Assembly: GCA_039811685.1 (NCBI GenBank)
Contig: JBDHZC010000003.1
Location: 293,514 to 357,513 of the forward strand
Direction of reading: 5' to 3'
Length of the DNA stretch: 64,000 bases
DNA from: Armatimonadota bacterium
GTDB taxonomy: Bacteria > Armatimonadota > UBA5829 > DSUL01
The notes under the pieces were generated by a model. It worked only from the letters and a program-made list of their open reading frames with translations, made no database searches and was not told the DNA's origin. A program made the position numbers and the translations under genes. Below are positions 59,329-64,000 of the stretch, one piece after another; positions within the stretch are counted from its first letter, which is position 1, and every line of letters starts with the position of its first letter.

Positions 59329-60278
59329 GTGCTTCGAATGTAGGGTTGACCAAGCGCTTTCGGGCCGCGGTATCGTCCTGCCCACAAGGCCAGAACGGCA
59401 AGCGTCGCCAGATACGGAAGCGCCAGAAGAGCCTGATAGGGCAAGCTAAACTGATGCCCCGCTATGCTGAGCGTCGAGCCATGTCCCTGAAACCAGAACT
59501 GCGCTTCATTTGCGCATCCAAAAACCAATCCTGCCGCAAGCACGCCCCAAGGGTTCCATCGGCCGAAAATTACCACCGCCAGCGCAATGAATCCGCGTCC
59601 ACTGGTCATATTTTCTGTAAAGGTATTCGTCTGAACCAGCGTGAGAAACGCACCGGCAACACCGGCCATTGCGCCTCCAAAGAGAATCGCCCACCACCGC
59701 ACTGCCTCCACCCGGATTCCGGCGGCGTCGGCTGCTTCGGGGTTTGCTCCGCACGCCCGAATACTCAGTCCAGCCGCAGACCGCAGCAGTAACCAGACGC
59801 CAATCGCAGCAACTCCCGCGATATACGCAAGGGGAGTCTGCATAAAGAACGCGGGGCCAATGACTTGGAGGCTGGACAACACTGGCGTGGGCCATACCGG
59901 CAGGGTGGGGGCTGTGACTGTCTGTGCGATTCCAAAAAAGCCACGGTACAGCACGCCTGTCAGACCCAGCATTGCGATGTTGATGCCTGTCCCAACCACG
60001 ATCTGGTCAGATTTCATCGCGATGCACAGCCAGGCGAACACACACGCCAGCAAGACTCCTGCGCCCAGCGCACCCGCCAGACCTGCCCACGCTGAACCAG
60101 CCCCATGGGCGACTGTAAACCCGGCCAGCGCTCCGGCCAGCATCATACCTTCGATGCCTATGTTGATGACTCCGGCCCTCTGGACGACTGTCTCCCCGAG
60201 CGCCGCCAGTATCAACGGAGCCGACAGCCGTATGGTTCCCGTCAAAAACTCCGTCAATCCAGCGATGTCCATGCTCAT
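59325..60278 (-). CDS. ABC transporter permease (nucleoside/simple sugar type)
   Basis: APLILAALGE, AGVINIGIEGMML, GL.IRACG.NP.AA.AAGI, GRGFIALA.VIFGRW. Confidence 0.92.
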   Translation of the reverse strand: MSMDIAGLTEFLTGTIRLSAPLILAALGETVVQRAGVINIGIEGMMLAGALAGFTVAHGAGSAWAGLAGALGAGVLLACVFAWLCIAMKSDQIVVGTGINIAMLGLTGVLYRGFFGIAQTVTAPTLPVWPTPVLSSLQVIGPAFFMQTPLAYIAGVAAIGVWLLLRSAAGLSIRACGANPEAADAAGIRVEAVRWWAILFGGAMAGVAGAFLTLVQTNTFTENMTSGRGFIALAVVIFGRWNPWGVLAAGLVFGCANEAQFWFQGHGSTLSIAGHQFSLPYQALLALPYLATLAVLALWAGRYRGPKALGQPYIRST

Positions 60279-61354
60279 TGCAGCGCCTGCTCTCTAACCT
60301 GTGTGCGGGACACGGAGTGCCTGTGCGCTGATCGCGCAGCCTGCAAAGCTACCAGGCAGATGATGATTCCCTGAACGACATACACAAACACCTTGTCTAC
60401 TCCTGCATCACGCTCCATCCCTGAAGCGCCTGCGTTCAGTCCTCCAAAAAGCAACGCCGCCACCGCAATTCCCACCGGATTGAGCCGTCCTAGAAGCGCC
60501 ACTGCAATCGCCGTGTAACCGTAGCCAGGGGAGAAGTTCTCGAAGAGCCTGTGCGTCACCCCCATCAATTCCACTGCGCCAGCGAGTCCCGCAAACCCAC
60601 CGCCCACGAGCATCGCGCTCCAGATGGTTCTCTCCGGGTCAATCCCTGCGTGCAAGGATGCCTGCGTGCTTGCGCCAGTTGCCCGAACTTTGAACCCCCA
60701 GATTGTGCGAAACAGAAGGACCCAGGCTACAGCGGCCAGCGCAAGCGCAATGAGCACCCCTGCATGAAGTCGCGCCGGAGGCATCAGAAGTGGCAGTGTA
60801 AGTGTCCGTGGTAGTGCATCAGAGTATGGGGACCTCCCCGAAGCTTCAGCCAGCGGTCCGTGAACCGCCCAGCTCACAAGTAGAATAGCAAGGAAGTTGA
60901 GCATGATCGTGGAGATCACTTCCTGCACGTTGCGCCGGGTTCTCATGACGGCCGCTGCCAATCCCCAGAGCCCTCCGGCTACAAAAGCCACAGAAAGGGC
61001 AATAGGGACGGCCAAAGCACCAGGTAGTGCGCCAAGAGGCTTCATTAGTGCGGCAACTGCCAGCGCGCCGACATACAGTTGCCCTTCCGCGCCGATATTC
61101 CAGACACCCGCCTGAAAGGCGATTCCGACACCCAGGCCCGCCAGAAGAAGCGGGCACATACGGATGAGAGTCTCCGATCGGGCGTAACTGCTCTCCAGTG
61201 AACCGTCCAGAACAGCCAGTAGCGCCTGCCACGGATTCCCTCCTGCTACCGCTATGACCAGAGCGGGCAGGCCCACTCCCGCTGCTATCACGGCTAATTC
61301 TGGCCATTTGAGGAATCCTCGCCGCAAATAAGTCTGTACTCCAGTGAAGTTCAA
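60275..61354 (-). CDS. ABC transporter permease (nucleoside/simple sugar type)
   Basis: WNIGAEGQ, EVISTIMLN, GYGYTAIAVALLG. Start refined to TTG 61354 (TTGA overlap with the ATPase stop). Confidence 0.9.
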   Translation of the reverse strand: MNFTGVQTYLRRGFLKWPELAVIAAGVGLPALVIAVAGGNPWQALLAVLDGSLESSYARSETLIRMCPLLLAGLGVGIAFQAGVWNIGAEGQLYVGALAVAALMKPLGALPGALAVPIALSVAFVAGGLWGLAAAVMRTRRNVQEVISTIMLNFLAILLVSWAVHGPLAEASGRSPYSDALPRTLTLPLLMPPARLHAGVLIALALAAVAWVLLFRTIWGFKVRATGASTQASLHAGIDPERTIWSAMLVGGGFAGLAGAVELMGVTHRLFENFSPGYGYTAIAVALLGRLNPVGIAVAALLFGGLNAGASGMERDAGVDKVFVYVVQGIIICLVALQAARSAHRHSVSRTQVREQALQ

Positions 61355-62898
61355 GGCGCTGAAGGCTCCGGAAAAGAGTGTCCCGCTACGGCATGGCCAT
61401 CCGCGGCGCCGGTTGCCATAGCAGCGCCGATCTCTTCGATGGATGGACGCGGCGGCAGACCTGTGACCAGCCGGCCTTCGTAAAGTACGCACACCCTGTC
61501 TGAGAGTTGGACAATTTCATCCAGATCTGTCGAGATCAATACGGTTGTGCCGCCTGCGTCCCTGTGCTCCAGAATCCGCCGATGCACGTAGTCTCTAGCT
61601 CCTATGTCCAATCCCGTCGTGGGGTCAAAGGCGATGAGTACTTTGGGTTTCGCGCTGAGCTGGCGTCCAACGACCATTCGCTGCTGGTTCCCGCCGGACA
61701 GCGCTCTGGCCACAGTGGACGTGTCCACGCCGCGCACTCCGTAGTCGTGAATAATCGTGTCGGTGACTGTGTTGAGCGCTTTGGTGTTCAGAATAGGGCC
61801 GCGGTGAAACTCTTGTCGCGGCCACTGACTCAGAAGCACGTTCTCACGCAGCGAAAAATCCAGCAGAAGCGCCTGGTTCTGTCTGTCTTCCGGAACATGT
61901 GCAAGGCCACGCACCAGGCGACCGGCTGCGCTGATGCGCGTCACGTTTTCCCCGTTCAGCCATATACTGCCGATGTCTGGCTTCGCCACTCCCGCAAGCA
62001 CATCCGCCAACTCCTGCTGACCATTCCCCTGTACGCCAGCGATTCCGACGATCTCACCCTCCCTCAGCTTCAGGCTGATGTTGGCGTGTTGACTGTAGCC
62101 CGGCAGCACAACCTCACGCAGCTCCAGTACAGTTACAGTCGCTCCCTGTTTTCGCGGTGTTCTGGATATCTCTTCGACCGGGCGTCCCACCATAGCCATC
62201 ACCAGTGCGGATTCAGATATCTCACTAGCTGAAGTTTCCAGAGTCACTCTGCCTGCCCGCAGAACTGTGACAGTGTCGCTTATCTCAATGGCTTCCCGCA
62301 GCTTGTGGGTGATAATTACGATACTCGTTCCCGATGCCTTCAGCCGCTGAATCGCATCGAACAGCTCAGAGGTCTCTTGCGGGGTGAGTACGGCGGTTGG
62401 TTCGTCGAGAATGAGGAGCTTGATCTGGCGGAACAGCGCCTTCAGTATTTCTACGCGCTGTCGCAGCCCGACCGGTAGCTGGCCTGTGCGGGCGGCGGGA
62501 TCAACCTCCAGTCCGGTTTCCTCAATAAGCTTTTTCAGGCGTGTCTTTCCGCCGCCAATGGCCTGAGCATGATCTGGGGAGCCCAGAGCGATATTCTCAG
62601 CGACTGTGAACTCATCTACCAGTTTGAAGTGCTGATGCACCATGCCAATGCCCAGGCGCATAGCTCTCTGCGGTGTCATCCGGCCGACAGGCTGGCCGTC
62701 GAAGACGATCTCGCCGCTATCTGGCCTCAGCAGGCCGAAAGCCACATTCATCAGCGTTGTCTTGCCAGCCCCGTTTTCGCCAAGAAGCGCGTGAACCGTG
62801 CCCGGCCACGCCGCGAAGCTCACATCACTGAGAGCGCGAACTCGGCCGAAGCTGCGGCTGATGCTCTGCATCTGGAGGGTAGGGGCGTTAGACGGCAT
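61351..62898 (-). CDS. ABC transporter ATP-binding protein (tandem ATPase)
   Basis: GENGAGKT, GMVHQHF, LILDEPT, GVQGNGQ, LSGGNQQ. Confidence 0.93.
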   Translation of the reverse strand: MPSNAPTLQMQSISRSFGRVRALSDVSFAAWPGTVHALLGENGAGKTTLMNVAFGLLRPDSGEIVFDGQPVGRMTPQRAMRLGIGMVHQHFKLVDEFTVAENIALGSPDHAQAIGGGKTRLKKLIEETGLEVDPAARTGQLPVGLRQRVEILKALFRQIKLLILDEPTAVLTPQETSELFDAIQRLKASGTSIVIITHKLREAIEISDTVTVLRAGRVTLETSASEISESALVMAMVGRPVEEISRTPRKQGATVTVLELREVVLPGYSQHANISLKLREGEIVGIAGVQGNGQQELADVLAGVAKPDIGSIWLNGENVTRISAAGRLVRGLAHVPEDRQNQALLLDFSLRENVLLSQWPRQEFHRGPILNTKALNTVTDTIIHDYGVRGVDTSTVARALSGGNQQRMVVGRQLSAKPKVLIAFDPTTGLDIGARDYVHRRILEHRDAGGTTVLISTDLDEIVQLSDRVCVLYEGRLVTGLPPRPSIEEIGAAMATGAADGHAVAGHSFPEPSAP

Positions 62899-62933
62899 AG
62901 AGTGTAGGGAGGATACGGGGAGCCTGTAGTCCG

Positions 62934-63929
62934 CTAGAAGTGCGCGCGCTCGATTTTCAGCTCACCCGAAGCTATCTTCTGCTTGAGGCGATCTATTTCC
63001 GCCAGGGTATCGGCCGGGATTTTGTTCCTGAGCCGCGGGTTGTAAACCAGCGAAGTGTGTCCGTTCGCCAGCGTCATCCGGAACTCCTGCGACTTGAAAG
63101 ACCCGTCCTGCACGCTCTTGCAGATCTCCACAAACTGCTTCGGAATCTCCAGGACAGCGCTGGCCAGCACTGTCTCGGGCGCCACGTCATTCTGATTGCT
63201 GTTGGAGCCGAGCGCCCACACGCCCTTGGACTGCTGGCACGCCTGAATGACACCCAGTCCGGCTGCGTCTGCGTTATGAAACACGAAATCGCATCGCTGG
63301 CTTATAAGGGCGAGGGCGGCTTCCTTGGCTGCGGCAAGGTCGTCCCAGCTTCCAACATAAGCCGTCTTTATCTGGAAGTTCGGATCGACTGATTTAGCCC
63401 CGCGCTCAAAAGCCGCAAAGGTGCTCTTGATCGGCGGAATTTCCTGTCCACCCACCAGACCAGCCGTGTGTGTCCTGCTCATTCGCGCCGCCAGCACTCC
63501 CATCAAGTAGGTAGCCTCTTCCAGTTTTGGAATGATCGGCGCTACATTGCCTTTGGCGGTGTCGCCTGCAGCGATGATAAAGACTGTTCTGGGGAAGTCT
63601 TTGCTGACCGTCAGCGCAGCTGGCTGGAGTTCATAGCCGTTGCCAAAAATCACGCTGTATCCGCTGTTGGCGAAGTCCCGGAAGTCTGCTTCAAACTCTG
63701 AAGTCGTTGTCTGCTTCTGACTGACCTGAACTCCAAGCTCTTTCTTGATAGCCATCAGCCCGCTGTAGCCAAGCTGATTCCATCCTTTGTCGTTGACTGG
63801 GCCTGGGCTGAGGAGCGCAACCTTGAAGTCCGCAGTCTTGGGTGTGGCCGGAGTCTGAGCACTCCTGGAGCATCCTGCCGCAGCGACAATAACAGCTAAC
63901 GGGGCAAGCAGAAGCAGGCGTTTCAGCAT
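62934..63929 (-). CDS. BMP/PnrA family ABC substrate-binding lipoprotein
   Basis: Lipobox AAAGC, PGPVNDKGWNQ, YLMGVLAA, GSWDD, DFVFHNAD..GLG. Start ATG 63929. Confidence 0.9.
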   Translation of the reverse strand: MLKRLLLLAPLAVIVAAAGCSRSAQTPATPKTADFKVALLSPGPVNDKGWNQLGYSGLMAIKKELGVQVSQKQTTTSEFEADFRDFANSGYSVIFGNGYELQPAALTVSKDFPRTVFIIAAGDTAKGNVAPIIPKLEEATYLMGVLAARMSRTHTAGLVGGQEIPPIKSTFAAFERGAKSVDPNFQIKTAYVGSWDDLAAAKEAALALISQRCDFVFHNADAAGLGVIQACQQSKGVWALGSNSNQNDVAPETVLASAVLEIPKQFVEICKSVQDGSFKSQEFRMTLANGHTSLVYNPRLRNKIPADTLAEIDRLKQKIASGELKIERAHF

Positions 63930-64000
63930 TGAAGAAGGTCTCCTGAGGGCCGGAAATGCTTTGAAGCTGTGCGATTCGAACAAGAGGCTAAAAAGCCGTT

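Overview
GC-rich bacterial chromosome window, densely coding, with about 56 genes. I saw no rRNA, tRNA, CRISPR array, transposase, integrase or phage gene. The gene content (exosortase/EpsI, copper-amine-oxidase 'stalk' domain, many Gfo/Idh/MocA and URO-D family proteins, TolC/RND) suggests a diderm heterotroph such as Armatimonadota; this is inference only. Main blocks: (1) 1-9.7 kb: a SEC-C tail, hydrolases, a secreted protein, and an orphan NuoN-like protein followed by menG/ubiE and a polyprenyl synthase; (2) a HEAT-repeat plus HD-GYP gene pair that share an N-terminal domain; (3) 16-32.3 kb: a Wzx/Wzy exopolysaccharide locus with exosortase/EpsI and an unusual tailoring module (uridine kinase, gmhA, alkaline-phosphatase-fold protein, pol-beta nucleotidyltransferase, two oxidoreductases); (4) a TolC-DUF2892-MFP-RND efflux operon; (5) a sugar cluster with a Thr-type sulfatase-like enzyme, a sulfotransferase and twin Gfo paralogs; (6) ubiD, pduO, miaB and neighbours; (7) a long minus-strand run of BMP-type ABC importer, tandem PTPS, folE, SDR (candidate tetrahydrobiopterin pathway, with a probable CTG start) and glcDEF. 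All family calls come from motifs read by eye; no database search was run. Many starts were refined from the ORF track using RBS and overlap evidence.
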